A stretch of 61,755 nucleotides of DNA, the filler included, from Sphacelaria rigidula (lineage: Eukaryota): assembly GCA_964200075.2 (NCBI GenBank). It is 6 parts of 6 records of this genome, joined end to end, with 100 filler letters (N's around TTAATTAATTAA, not from the genome) between each part and the next. Parts side by side here need not be neighbours in the genome. Positions count along the whole stretch, not along the records: positions 20,621 to 30,830 come from CAXNAA020006925.1; positions 30,931 to 41,139 come from CAXNAA020006926.1; 4 more parts are not named here. The stretch is one strand, 5' to 3'. A program made the translations under genes and the position numbers. Positions 27,111-40,449 of the stretch are shown one piece after another (position 1 is the stretch's first letter; the number at the start of each line of letters is the position of its first letter). The notes below the pieces were generated by a model. It saw nothing but the letters and a program-made list of their open reading frames with translations, did not search any database and was not told where the DNA came from.

Positions 27111-27452
27111 ATGCGGCGGTTCGCGAGGAAAGGCAACGGCACCTTGTTTCAAGATGACGAAGGCACGCCCCCCCCCGAGTCGGACGCGACTACCAAATAT
27201 TCACAACAAGACGGTGGTGACTTTGTGTTTTCGAAGCCGCCAGAGGTGGGGGGCTCGGCTGCTGTTGTAGGTACCACAACGTCTTCGAGCTCGTCGTCTT
27301 CCGTTGCCACATCGGGAGGGGGAGGGGGCATGCGTTCACCAGGGAAGGTTGTCGGAAGCAGCAACGGAAAGACGCTCAAGATCGGGCGCAATGTGCGATT
27401 TCGAGGCGATGTGATGGAGTGCGAGTCGGTGGTGCTGTGCGGGCGACTCGAG
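27111..27452 (+). CDS. First exon of a bactofilin-like (polymer-forming cytoskeletal) protein
   Basis: ATG at 27111, S/G-rich disordered N-terminus, then KTLKIGRNVRFRGDVMECESVVLCGRLE (bactofilin pattern 'L.IG....f.G.i..c..l.v.G.vEG'), donor GAG|gtgaaa; later exons not found on this contig. Confidence 0.7.
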
Positions 27453-29537
27453 GTGAAAGACGAAATCGATCATGTGATGACAGGAAGGTGTTACGGTGTT
27501 CGTTCCCTCGGGCGTTTGTGTTTTGTGTGTATGTGTGAGTCGGGGGCTCTCCGCGTGTTCGGTGTTGAGGAGTGTTTCGTGGGAACAACATCTGTCTGTG
27601 TTCGGTTTCCGAAATATGCGAGCGTATTGGCTTATGTCATTGGGCATGTCTTGTTCTGCTGTGTGGACGGTAGGCACTCGTACCGTCTCCAGGTACCCAT
27701 GATGAATGTCGTGCTATTAAAACCCGCTCACTCCCCCCACCTCCCTCCCTCCAAATTTAAGCTTGGGAGTTTTGGCGCGCGGGGCAAGGAACATGGCATT
27801 TTGATCTCGGGATGTTTGTGGAGTTTCGAGTTTTGTCGCCGACCCCAGGTGTTTCTGGGGGGCGGTCGGCAAAGTTGCGTTGCTTGAATTTTCCTCGCGT
27901 CGTGGGCATTTACTGCTGTTTTGCATGTCAAGTAGCGCTGCTTCATATATACACAGTTCACCATACGACCCCACAAACGCAACCGTCCGTTTTTGGCGAC
28001 ATGCCGGGCACCCACAACAATAATACGCTGAGGCTTCGCTGATTTTATTTTGCCATGGTGATTTTGTCTCTTTTATTACTGGACTGGACTGTATACGCTG
28101 TTCTAAGATGGGTGTGGGACGAACTTCGTGAGAAGAAGACAGAATCATGAAAAACATGCAGTCCCAAACGGAAAGTATGGTGCTTTTTCGAGGGCGGCGA
28201 CCACAGGCAGTGGCAGCCGCCAAAAAAATCCGTCGGGTTGGGGTGCACTTGTTGGTTGTTGCCAGGATAATACTTGGGTGACGTCGACTGTACATGAATC
28301 GCGAGGGTAGTTCGCCCAACTGGCCATCATCCCAACTATTTCACCACTGTCCTTCATTGCTCATTTGAACTCTTCTGCATACTGCATGTAGCCATGTAGC
28401 CCGTGACGGGGCATTCCACACCGACACCCAGGCGGAAACAAAAATGTCGCGGCTGATCGGGGTGAAGTAAACATTGAATGTTGTTCTGGTGGGCCACTTA
28501 CGCCAAAAAACAAAAATACAGTACCCGTACAGCACCCGAATCTTCAGTGGCCTAAAACAGGAGCACAACGCCCGCACACATCCACATACATCCACCTTCA
28601 AGACGGACACACCCAGAGACGTGATTCAGACAGGACAGTGGGTCACTTCACAAGAAAGAAATATTGGGCGACAGGCATCAGACGAACGATAGACTAAAGA
28701 CACCCAGAGACATGAATGCTACAGAGGGTCGCTTCACAAGAAGAACTACAGGGGAACATGCGTCTAGCCGTGCTGCGCCAGAGAAGCGGAACCCCTCTCT
28801 CCAACATGAGGAAAAATATACGTGCTGTATCCGCCCTGGTGATGCTTGTCACAGATTTGATTTTTGATCCATTGATCCCAGCCAACCGGCGGAGAACAGA
28901 CCACCCTTTTCCCTGTCTTGATTAATAATTCGGACGCCGCACGACCCTGAAAACTGAAAACACCTCTGAGGTGACGGCAACGTCACAACTTAATTTTCAT
29001 GCATACAGGTGTACTGTACACAAATTATCCACAAGTAAAGCAGGGTACAACACTGACAGCAGATGTGAGCTGCGTATTGTGAGCTTGCTGATCGACGCAG
29101 CACTGGCCACGGGCGGTAAAAAGCTCTTTGAGGCACGTCTGTGTTTTCCCCTGTTCGCAAACGTGCAGCTTTTGGTGCACAGCAATGCGCCATGCGCACC
29201 GTAACCGACGGACTGGCTTCGTAGCCGGTTATTTTGCATCAGCATCTCCCCTGAAATCAGCTTCCTCTCTGTTCAAAATGGAGAGGGAGAAGAAGAGGGA
29301 AGAGGGAAAAAGAGATGAGGAAAACCGCCGAGGGACGGAGAGACGAAGGCTCCGGCAGCTGCAAGGACAACGGTGAAAAATGGGCGCAAATATAGTACAC
29401 AGAGCATGTACAAAATGTCTAAGGACTCTACTTCCGTGACTTCTCCAGCCCAGTCGCTGCTCGCCGTTTCTCGGCACCTACATGCAAGGCACGATGTGTT
29501 CATGGTATTCTCACCGCTGCTCTCATACATTCCTTCT

Positions 29538-29630
29538 CCCCGTGGCTCAGTTGGTAACCTCTTGACCGTCTAACGACTGGGTCATGGGTTCGAATCTCGG
29601 TGCAGTCACGCGTTTGGAGATTTTTTCCCG
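29538..29630 (+). mobile_element. tRNA-derived SINE head
   Basis: A box GTGGCTCAGTTGG, B box GGTTCGAATCTC. Confidence 0.75.
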
Positions 29631-29689
29631 CACCATGTTCAACCACTGCTGTGGAGAGCGACCATGTCGTGGGTACATGAACATTCGAC

Positions 29690-29990
29690 TTCACAGGCGA
29701 CGAGGGAAAGAGAACGGGATGAAGCTTCCCTCGTACGACGATGACATCGCCCCTGTCGGCAAGGCCCGTTACGAAAGATTCATCACGAAGATCATGTTTC
29801 TCGCTGCTATAGCTCGCCCTTGTCGCAGCCCAGCCACCAACTCCGCTCTCGATGGCAAAATCGGTTTATGGACATTCACGAGGAACTCGCTGTACGCAAC
29901 AGCAGGTACCGGGATGGTGGGGCTCTTGCGACGAAGTATCTGGAAGTTACGAAGGACGCCTACAAGGCGAAGTTGATCGAGAAGTATGAC
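29690..29990 (+). mobile_element. Plant-type (DD39D) Tc1/mariner transposase remnant, frameshifted
   Basis: RFITKIMFLAAIARP...DGKIGLWTF / EELAVRNSRYRDGGALATKYLEVTKDAYKAKLIEK matches the DD39D consensus K.FI.KVMFLAAVARP..FDGKIGIWPF...A.R.S.NR..G.LETK. Confidence 0.85.
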
Positions 29991-30419
29991 GAAACTACTG
30001 AGATGACGTCCTCTGTTGCGGCCTCAGGCACCTGTGTCCTAGACACATGTGAGATACTTGTACTGTCTGCACGTCTGTAGTCTGTACCATGCTTGTACCA
30101 GGTACCACAGTACACACGTATACCCGGTGAAGATACTTGATTGCTTACGCGTTCTATCGATGCATTCGTGAATGCGGCTGTACCGCCATTCGTGTGTGAC
30201 ACGTCAAAACAAAAGATACCACCCGTGTGATGATGTTTGAAGTGGAAGGATGTCTTGTGTTGTTGTGTTATCCCATCTATTCTGAACGTCGTTCTACACC
30301 TTTCGGTACAGTTGGGCGGGCGCACAAGCCGGGATCACACAGCAAGAAGTCCAACACAGGAGTTTTTTGTTCTTTTTTGTTTGCTTTAGTTCCCCGCCTT
30401 CCCTCTGCGGGGATGCGTG

Positions 30420-30630
30420 CATGAAATTCCCGGGTACTGGACTGCTCCCCTCCCCGCCAGACCCCCTACGGGTTTGGCGTCGGTGGGCGATGACGCTATT
30501 CAACACGCAACTCACTGTGTAAGCTAGGCAACCACGTTACCGTTTTTTTTGGCGCGCTTGCGTTTTTTTCGCGGTAACCATGATGACAGTCGAGCTCGAT
30601 CATGTTGTGCGGCGTAGGAGATGATCGTAC
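30420..30630 (+). repeat. 5' part of the abundant ~600-bp interspersed repeat
   Basis: Matches 58570-58750. Confidence 0.75.
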
Positions 30631-30679
30631 AGGCTGGTTCACGGTGATCACCCAAAATTGTGTCATCAGCAAATGCCTT

Positions 30680-30830
30680 CCGCAATATTTTTGTTTAGTT
30701 TTGTACCGCGTTTGTGTGATTTTTTCGTGGGTCCGATTGTATTTCCTGATTTTACTTTAACCGTAACATTGGGTGGTAGCCTGTGACCACGGAAGACGTC
30801 CGAGTCAGATGCCCCGTACAGCACTGCGCA
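30680..30830 (+). mobile_element. RTE-LINE 3' UTR fragment
   Basis: tagcctgtgaccacggaag...tcagat.ccc.gtac is shared with 18405-18460. Confidence 0.6.
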
Positions 30831-30930
30831 NNNNNNNNNNNNNNNNNNNNNNNNNNNNNNNNNNNNNNNNNNNNTTAATTAATTAANNNNNNNNNNNNNN
30901 NNNNNNNNNNNNNNNNNNNNNNNNNNNNNN
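30831..30930. other. Assembly linker between contigs 3 and 4
   Basis: N44-TTAATTAATTAA-N44. Confidence 0.99.
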
Positions 30931-33900
30931 GTCAGGGAAAGCACTGTTTTCGAGTTGAAACTCATTAAAATGTTAAACCTCAATAACGAATCTAGGCTGT
31001 TCCTTTTTTCGGCGATTGGATTAGTGAAAAACGTTCAAGAAAATGTCGATCTTGTCGGGGTTGATCGGCGTGCTGTCGTGAGCGATCGTTGGCACGTTTA
31101 TCGGGTACAGTTACACATATCCCGGATGCATCCGTTGGACGTGGAAGACGTGAAGCATCCAAAGCTTAGGACACAAGATATCTTGACCACTTGAAAACAC
31201 GGTCACTGGAGCCGTCGTTTCGAGACGAACCAGCAGCCATTACATACGTTAGTATTTTAATGTGAGCCGTCAGTCACTCGGATGGGGCCAATATGAAACT
31301 CTAGTTGTGATCAACCGCGAACACGTACACCCTCCCATATCCAGCAGTTGATACCGACTCATGACATGCCGCTGTAATTCACCTGTTGAACTTTCCTTGT
31401 CGTCACACATGTACGTAATTGACGGGGGGATGGGAGCTGGCGCACCGCCAGTAACCATCCACTCTTAACCACTAGTCGCTACTGGTAGTGGTGGGCCATC
31501 AGAAATCACCATCGTAGACTCAATCTCGACTTCTCCGTGCTCAAACTGTGAATCGGAGGAGCACTCTCAAGCCGCACTCCCTCATGGTCCTTGGAAGCAT
31601 TCTTAACGGTGTCCTTGATACATTTTGATGTAGACATGGGCACCATCTTGTTAAACCTAGCATCGTGTCCTTACCCGCCGTACTCGCTACATACGACCAG
31701 GACACGCTCGGGTCCCTGCTTATCGCACCTGTAGCAAACAACTGGCCCTTTCTTCCTGGCTCCAGGTATCTTTATTCGAAACGCCACATCCCATGGGCAC
31801 AGAAACATTGTTAGTGCTAGAACTCTTTCTAGTGTTTGTGCTTCAGGTGCGCTGATCGGCGCTGAGTGCACCTTTGCTGTCCTCTTGCGCCTTTCTCTCT
31901 CGCCTTTCTCCCATGCCTCTGTCCACCTTGAATCTGCGCGGAGCGTTTGATGTGTCGCGTGAAACGCGTGCGTTTGTGGCCACTGCCATTATTGCCACAG
32001 TATTTATTGAGAGACAAGTGCTTACCTCTCCCGGAAGCGCGGACCCTCTCTACAGATACAATTGGCTCCACGTGGATTAATATCCCTCATGGTCGTACAT
32101 GCCGGGAACAGAGAAGAACAATTATTGCAAATGGGCATATCAGTCGGAGGATCCTAATCGACCGTAGAACCTCGGGATTGGAGGTGTTCAAGCTTCACCT
32201 CAAACCCGTTGGGGTCAGACCTATGAATGCACTTTGCATTTGTGAACTCTTCCCACTAGCGCAGACTCGCACCAAGAGCCCTCGATAAAGAGTACTGGTC
32301 CCGACCATTCCACGCACGAGAGTGGGGCTCATCGTTGGCAAGTGTATGTTTTTCAACTTCGTCTCCTCCCGCAGCCAGTAGCACACCCATGCCAGTGTCA
32401 CTTTTCGGGTCTTGCTCTCCAGGTCCTGACCAGTATCCCCTCTCAAAAGCGTCTCCCAAAGTGCCTACTTTTCTTTGCCTTGAAATGACCAACCGAGGCA
32501 ACCAACAGCAGAATTTATAGATATTTTTGGGCAGGCAGCGGATGATTATATCGAAATACACTTACAGGACCGCATTGAACCTCCGAGTATGTCTTCAGAT
32601 TGAGCAGAGGGGGGTCGCTGCACAGAAAATATCGCCGCCCGTCACGAAGACCTAAAATATGCTTCTGGGATTGCCGTACAAAGCTCATAATTTAGGCTAC
32701 CGGATCTCCTTTTGGGATATCCATCCATAGCGAGCTCTCCTCTGGTTTGGGCCTCACTTTTCCTTAGACCGCTGGGGCGGAGATGTGCGGTTTGACAAAC
32801 CATCTAGACTTCTTGACTCTAGAGTCTCTCCCACCTCCGATGCCCCTCCCAGTTGTGACGTTATTCCCAGCTCCGGCGCCCCTACAAGCTCCGGCAATGC
32901 CGGCTGCTGCAGTTGCACCGACTGTACAACCATGACCGGAGGTGCCTCCCCGGCGGCGTTCCTTCTCTCCACTACCTTGTACGCCTGCGTCAGCACCCGC
33001 AATGAGTCGTGGGCGTTGTCGATGCTGGGCACGAGGTAGACGCTAATCTCGCACCTGAGGAACGACTTTGACGGGCGGTTTCAGCGGCAATAATCTGGGC
33101 CACGAAACGGGTGCAATGATGTAGGTGTTGCCTTACCATACAATATCTCGTACGCTGACTTGTTACCTGGGTTGGACAACGTCGCGGTGTAGTTGAGGGC
33201 ATCACACGCCCAGTGTGTTCCCTCAGCTCAGAGGATCTCCGAAGGTGGCAATTCGGCAAGTGGGAAAAGGATGGGGGCTTGGCTGCAAGCGCAAGTGAGG
33301 CGTTGTGAATGACACCGAGAGCTGTCTCGGCAACGCCGTTCAGTGTCGGACACTTCGCTCTGGTGATTTCCTCCTTTATACACAAGTGCCAATTGCCAAC
33401 ACACTTCCCCGAAATCCCCATGAAAAACTCTCCTCCGTCCTCAGACCTTGCCATCATACCCTCCAACGGTATATTATCGGCACGTACATCTGCCAAAAGC
33501 GAAGACGTCAGCGGCATCGGACTTGCGCTCGAGAAAGTACACCTATGCGCACCGGGTAAAGTCGTCCTTCACTAGAATCCCGTATTTACTCCCTAGCAAT
33601 GGGAAACTTCTCTTAGAATCACTGAGATCGACAAAAAATATTCCTAGCTTTTCTGAGGCACACGCTTTCGTGCTGATGGAAATCGGTTTACGATGCCCCT
33701 TGGGCATAGAACATCCAGTTCACGGTCCCAAATCACCCAGTAACTCTGTACCTAGCGATTTAGCAATTTCTTTCAACGGAAATGTGTGTGCATGATCGTA
33801 CATGGGGAGGAAACCGTTGATGTCTGCGTCAGTCTCACGCGAGTCAGCATTACCGGAGGCTGTCACAGGGAACGCCGGGGAACAGGGTGGTCAGATTGCA

Positions 33901-35650
33901 CTTGATTGTCGACGGACTCGGGAACCAACAGGGGAAAGAGGGTGAAGTCGTCATCAAGGTCAATCCTTGTACGATAGGTTGAGTATCCAGATCCATCAAT
34001 CCATAAACTAAGGTGTCCATCCAGTAGGGTCACACTCATACCCGGATCATCACTCCTGAAACCTCCTCCTTGTGTGTGCGCAGCCATTGTGGGAAAATGG
34101 TTGAAAGTCGAATCGGGTACGAATGCCACCTCATCAATCTACTGTTGATACTGTCATTCTTCCTGCCTTGTTGGGAAAAACAAGACTCAACAATCCATAA
34201 CCCTCACGCCGATTAAAGTGTCATTACTAACCTTGAACTTATCCTCGGATGGTTACATGTCACGGAGCAAGTCAGTCGATCCAGTCACGTGAACTGTCAC
34301 CACCATCAGCTATCTATCCATCAGTGCCATCCTGACTTCTCTCGCATTCTCCTACCGCATCCTTCTTACCATGCATTCGAATCGACGAACACGCCATGAT
34401 CTTACCAGAGCTGCTCTGTAGTTCTTCGCGCGGTGGTGATGACGTGTGCGGTGCAGTCGAATAATCGATAATCTGGCTCTAAGCGACGGTGACACTTGTT
34501 CCGCATGTCATCGTACTTCTTGCCTACGTTTTCCGTCCTGCTGTTTTGGTCCTCCTTGGCGGTGACAGCTCTAATGAAAATACCCTCACCAACTTGAGCG
34601 CCATCGTAATTGCGATTTTGTCGGGTGGGATTGCTGTTACCGAGACCTTCGCCTTCCGCTATCACACGTCGTACCATTTCTAGAGGTTGACGTGCATCTG
34701 CCTCACTACTACCTCCATCTCGGCATCGGGGATGTTGTCTTGGCACAAGATCGTATGCTGCTCGTATCCCTAGTCGGTCATGAGTTCCTCTACAGGCTTG
34801 ATATTCATATCTTATGGAGGCACTTGTACCCCTGATGATCCTAGCATTCTCACCATCTTCCCTACGCGCGCGAAAACCTTCATCGGATCCTCGTTTTTCC
34901 TCGATTTGTGATTCCTTAAAAAGTGTTTTGATTTCGACATCTCGGACAGAGTTCTCAGCAAGAACCAAGTGCCAAACATACGCCAACTTTCACCAGGGCA
35001 GTTAGTGTCAATTAACCGTGCGCAGCAAGTTCATAGTCCGTGATGCTCTCCGTGAAGCACGTCTGGGCAATACGTGCTCTTCTGATGCTTGCTCGACAAC
35101 AGTCTTGATCAAGCGAAAGTCGGGAAGTCACGGAGGGGTCGCCAGTCGGGATGTCAGTTACTGCAAAAAATGCCTGCATACAATCGTTCGATCTTGCAAA
35201 AAACCTCAAACCGTATCTTACACAACGGAGAGTCTATGCTACTCTCAAGCTTGGGAATAACGGTTTTGGTGCTGCTTATGTCACGAGATCCTATGCGAGG
35301 CTGCCACCCCTTGCAATCTGAACCTCACCGACTGCCCGCAGCAGGCTTTCGACGATCACTCCACCTCTATGACTTGAAGAAGACCCTGCCCGCTCACCAG
35401 TGTCCGCACCTGTAGAGTATGAGGGCCAGTCTCCACCGACGGGCCCCTTCTCCAGCCCACCAGTACTTTCTCGACTGGCCTCACTACGCGACAGTAATTC
35501 TTCAGAGGCCCTTGCCTGCGTCGCTGCCTGCGCCTCGAGTAATGCCTTCAGTTCGTTAACTACATGGTCTTGGTCCTTTATCTCAGGACATCGAGTCAAG
35601 TTCGAACTTCACGTTAGCCTATTCAAATGATCGTGTTGATCGAATGACAC
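30931..35650 (-). mobile_element. Highly degenerate Ty1/Copia LTR-retrotransposon gag-pol
   Basis: In minus-strand order: gag-like coiled region (35600-34400), protease-like LWIDGSGYS (~34000), integrase CPTLNGVAETALGVI (~33340), then degraded RT/RNase H-like sequence; many stops and frameshifts. Confidence 0.7.
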
Positions 35651-38600
35651 ACAGCTCCGTGCTGTGTGCCCACACAAAGTCCTGCCCTTGGGGGGTACGT
35701 CTCAGTAAGGCGAATATGATGAGTTTTAAGACCTCCTTATTATCACTATCTTCACGAAGGAAGGTGGGAGGAGAGAGGTGTAGGAAAAGAGAATGGTAGG
35801 TGTGGGTGTGGAGCATCACCTGCCACGAATGCCCACGGACCATTATCTCCAGTTGGCTCACGAGCCACAATCCGTGATCAAATCACGATCCAAGAATAAA
35901 CGATTCTCAATATATAAACAGGAAAATTTTCCCGTTCTCCAACCATAAGGAGCCTTCCGAATATTATTCCTGGACTACGCTATATTCCATCATTTCCCGC
36001 TCATAAATGCTAGCTATTATCTGTAGAACTATAGAACACTATGGGTTAGCGAGCTCCTGGCTAGGGACATCACCACCCTCGAGTACCGTTCCGAGCAGAG
36101 CGGGCAATGTATCCATGACCACGCAATCCAACGCTGCATTGTGCGACCGTTACCGGCCGAACTTTCTTACAGGCGTTTTGCGATGCTCTTATTAATATTT
36201 CAAGTGTTGAAGCGGAATCACGCCTCCTGGAGTATCACTGCTAGTCATCTCTGACAAAACTACCCCTGCGGAATGAAGCTGAAGTATTTTTGTTCGAAGA
36301 GTTCATATCTTGGATTTGAACTAGCCGAACGAATCAAGACATCGGCAGCTTCAACAGCCCAACAAGGTATGCCATTCGCGTTCTCTCATGTCCCGCCCCC
36401 AGTTTCTCCTCTACAGCACCGCCCAGATCATGGATGAATACCATGGGTATAAGCCTTGACCTACATGCCACGCTACTTTGACTACACCAAGATATGTTTG
36501 ACTCTCCGCGTCTCCGCCGCGAGCGGAATTTGCTCGTGACCCTTCGCGCCTGACTCTTAATCGACACTGTACTCCATCACTACCTGTTTCAGGCCGTCGT
36601 CTATGCATCAGAAGCGTGCACGCTGACAGAGACCATGTGGATATCGACGGAACGACGAAAGCTGAGCGAGTTTGCCGAAAGGGAAGCCTTGATACACAAG
36701 GCGGACAACACCGGCGTTCGCGATGAGAAAACAGCAAAAATGTCCGAGTCAGGACACCAGCCGCGCAGCAATAACAACGCTTACGCGCTGCATACCAGAC
36801 ACGAGGACGATTGCGCCCAATCGGGAGTACGTTGCCAGGAAACCCGGACAGAGACAGCAGCGTCGATGTCACACAAAAATAGTGATAGTACGCTAGGCTC
36901 TTCACCTCCGGCAGTGCCCAAAGCTGTTGGACTCACCAGCAAACCACCGGCAACAGCATTGATTACTGACTCTTGTCAGCGTATTGTTGCTACGGACAAT
37001 GAAATGACACCGAAGCTTATAGCAGACAACCCTTGCCCTCGTCTCCGAGATGCTTGTTGTAGTAGAGGTAGAACTTGTGCCGGTGAGCGTGCGGAAAGAG
37101 CAAATATTGCTTCGGCGGTTGTAGATCCCGCTCCGTCGTCTGATCCCGAAATCACTCGTCCAGAATGGTAGTGTTTCTTCTTTTATGACTGTAGTTCTGA
37201 TGTAAACGTTGTTGGGATTTATGTGCGCACTTCATTCGTCCTGATGGTCGAGTTTCGGGCATCGTAGATACCCGGTGCTTCCGCACTGAGAATACGTCCA
37301 TAGGCTCTCATCGGTGAGAGAGACAAGATTCACCTTGATTTGTCGATCCTTTCTTCCGTACTTGTCGGCCGCCGTTGTATGCTTGTGTCAACTTCATCAC
37401 ACTGCCATGGCCAGTCGTATGAGGATCTCAACATAAAATACAATGTGGAGGATATCTCTTTGCAGTGACCTATCAGAGACTGATGCCACACATGTATAAA
37501 GAACTAGCGCAAGCAGGGACAAGGTGGGAACGGTCCGGAAGGACCAGACTACCGAGGACCCTGTAATGCCGAGGTAACTGAACAACTCGGGGTGATGCCA
37601 GGAAGAGCCTAATATAGGACGGTCCAACATCCCTCAAGGCCCTGGTCGCCCCTGGCGACCACTTCTCGTCTGACCCCACTTCTTGCCTACATATACAAGA
37701 GGAAATCATCGCCAGCCTCGTAGTTCCTTCGGCATCAGGACTGCAGTCTCCCCCCGTAGGCCTCTGACTACTCTAGCGATACGCCTTCCTCACACTGGCG
37801 ACACCAGAACAAACTCAAGCAAGACAGGCCTTAGAAGTAAAATTGGAACGAGAACCGAAAGCTCTCCGACACCGGAAATACTAGGGTCCCCCAACGAACG
37901 CTACTCCAGGTGAAACGTATGGGTCATCATGTGCTTAATTATTCGAGTTTACAGGTTATTGGAGTCATGTGTTTGGGTCAACGCGAAATTAGCCGCCTCA
38001 CTGTACATTAATATGTCACCCGCATGACTAATCAAAGAGCGAAACGCGAGTTTAGACTCCTCAGGGTGCAGTATATGCCACCTGTATGGCTAGTCAAACA
38101 GCGAAAACGCGAAATTAGTCCCTTCAGCGTGCATTATATATCACCAGAACGGCTGATTAAACAGCGAATCCACAGTTATCAACCAAGCTTTCACCGTCAT
38201 CGCACGACAGGCACGGCAATTAATCAAGGAGGCCGACCTCTGGGAACGCGATGACTCGAAATAGCACTAACAAGCAAATTGACCAAACCTGCGAATGCAC
38301 GACCTTGTCATTCCCTACCAGGTAGCAAGCGGAAGAAGGAGGTGTATTGGATGGTCTTACCGCATCCCAACCCACCTCAGTACGCATAAAATGGAGAAAA
38401 GGGTCAACTGTCTGGCGAATATATATATATATATATATCGGAGAGAAGCGGGTTTCCTAGTCAGTACAGTCACTCCTCCAGCCGGGCACCGAAACAGCGC
38501 CCAATTGGGATGTGAAAGTACATACATACTATAAACAGAAGCTGGAAAAAAGCACGATGATAGTGGACTCCTAAGCAGCCGTCAGAGCAGCCGTGAGAAA

Positions 38601-38899
38601 ATTAATACACCACACAAAGGGCTATCATCGCCGAAGTTGAAGCTCAGCTTGTGGAGGTTCTCATCATGTTACATTATCCGCCGTACCCCAATTAATCGGT
38701 AACGTTAGATTCCGCGCGGACAAATTTTCAACCGGCAGCCAGAAAAACAGCGAAGTAATAAGCAGGGGCTGTTGATTCCAAACCGAAACCCAAGCCTCCC
38801 CTATGCAACACGATCTCGGACGATCACTGTTATGAGTCATACAACGCATCATCACCCGCCACGTATACAGATGCACCCCTAGCGCTATCCTGTGCACCA

Positions 38900-39200
38900 G
38901 CCCGCGTTAGAGTCGCAGCCAGAGTAAACGATACCCTCGCTGAAAAAAATCACAATCGATTCCGCAGCAGATGTACCGTGTATCAGAAAACGATCATAGA
39001 TGAACAACAGGCCACCATGGCAGCTGATTATACAAAACCAGTACCGCTAGGGCCCATCGATCTCAGAAGCGCGGATGGTTCCCTCATGAAAATCCGAGGC
39101 TTCCGGCATAAAATGGCAGCATTTAACAGCCGATCCTAATTTTTGGGGTTTAACTATAAAATGAGGTTCAACCTACAAATCGCTTCCGTTGGGAAAATAC
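38900..39200 (+). mobile_element. Possible Gypsy aspartic-protease-region remnant
   Basis: PLGPIDLRSADGSLMKIRGF resembles the retroviral protease flap 'L..A.G..l.i.G'. Confidence 0.35.
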
Positions 39201-40039
39201 CAAACATTACCACAAAAGGAAGGTAATTTGTTGTAAAGAGCAAGCGGCAGTATAATGCAAGGACACAGCTTGCAACCCAAGGCACAAGCTTGGCAGGCAA
39301 GTGTACAACCGTCAGGCTGTTACAACTTGCAGATACCGTGTGACCTGCTCAGTATCCAAGTATCAGACGAGGTTCACGCAATAGGTTCTTCACTTCTCTC
39401 TTAGTTATCTTGATTCTAACTCCGATACCCACTCAACCAATCCAACCCAGACCAGCCAATATCTCTCACCGATGGTTAGACTTCTTTTTGCTGGCTAGCA
39501 GAGGGGAACAGTTGATAGTGGTTGGTGAGGGGGGGCTTTGATCGTGACGCACGATCAAAGACAAAGCCATCCCTGTGATTATACAGGTTCACATTCGTAT
39601 CCGAGCAACTCTGAACAGACCTGTAGTCTTGTCTACCGGGGTTCCCTATCTACCGGGATTCCCAATATTACCGAAAGCCAGACTTCGACAACGAAAGCCA
39701 GACTTCGACAATGGGTCTGAAGCGGCATGACAACAGGCTAGTATGCATCTTCATGACACTAACCCACCCAGACGACCTTTACTACAGCTGCGAGGATTTA
39801 TCCTCAAAGCAGCGAAAACTAAGGTTTTTCTTTACTCGTCAAGTCATCAGCGCCTAATAAAGAATACCTAAATAAACATTCTCGTACCTAACATTCCCGT
39901 ACCAACAATCCTGTACCCACTCCCACACCTCAAAAGAAGGGAAGCATAGACTGCATCGAGGAGCAGAAAAAACTGCTCCGAAACGCGGAAGCACAAACTG
40001 CTTCGGCGTGCAAGCGATTAACAAAGAAGCACAAATTGC

Positions 40040-40210
40040 TTCGGCGTCCTAGCAAAACTTAAGGGGGAAAACAGGGAGGTACAACAGGAAGTAGAGGTCT
40101 GACCTGGGGGAAGCCAAAGGTACAACAGGGAACGGAGCTTCAAACTAGGGAATCCAAAGGTACGACAGGGAGCAGAGCTTCAACCTGGGGGAATCCAAAA
40201 AGTGCTAAAA
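40040..40210. repeat. ~40-bp tandem repeats in the 3' non-coding region of the Gypsy element
   Basis: Three to four copies of ccaaaggtacaacaggga.c.gagcttcaa.ct.ggg. Confidence 0.65.
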
Positions 40211-40449
40211 ACTGCAAGATCGAAAAGCTGAAAATCGGTGATCCAACGAGATCGAGCGCTAGATAAAGGGGACACTATGGCTCCAGTAGTCGTAGGTAGC
40301 GGTAGTGGCAGGAGTTCTTGATCGTCGTCCGATGTAGGGCGCGCTATTGTTGTGTAGTAGAAGAGGGCCCTGGTGGAGAAGGGGGGGGCACACAATGCTT
40401 ACGGGAAAAAAATGGGGGTGGGGCAACAGTCGCGACAAAAAAGCGTGGT

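Noticed and set aside
27453-27887. C-terminal part of the 258-aa ORF 27111-27887
   Set aside because: Read-through into a GT-rich intron after the donor at 27453; the domain pattern stops at the donor
36200-38000. ORF 36635-37171 and neighbours as host genes
   Set aside because: No recognisable domain or splice pattern; they lie between LTR-retrotransposon remnants and are probably decayed TE sequence
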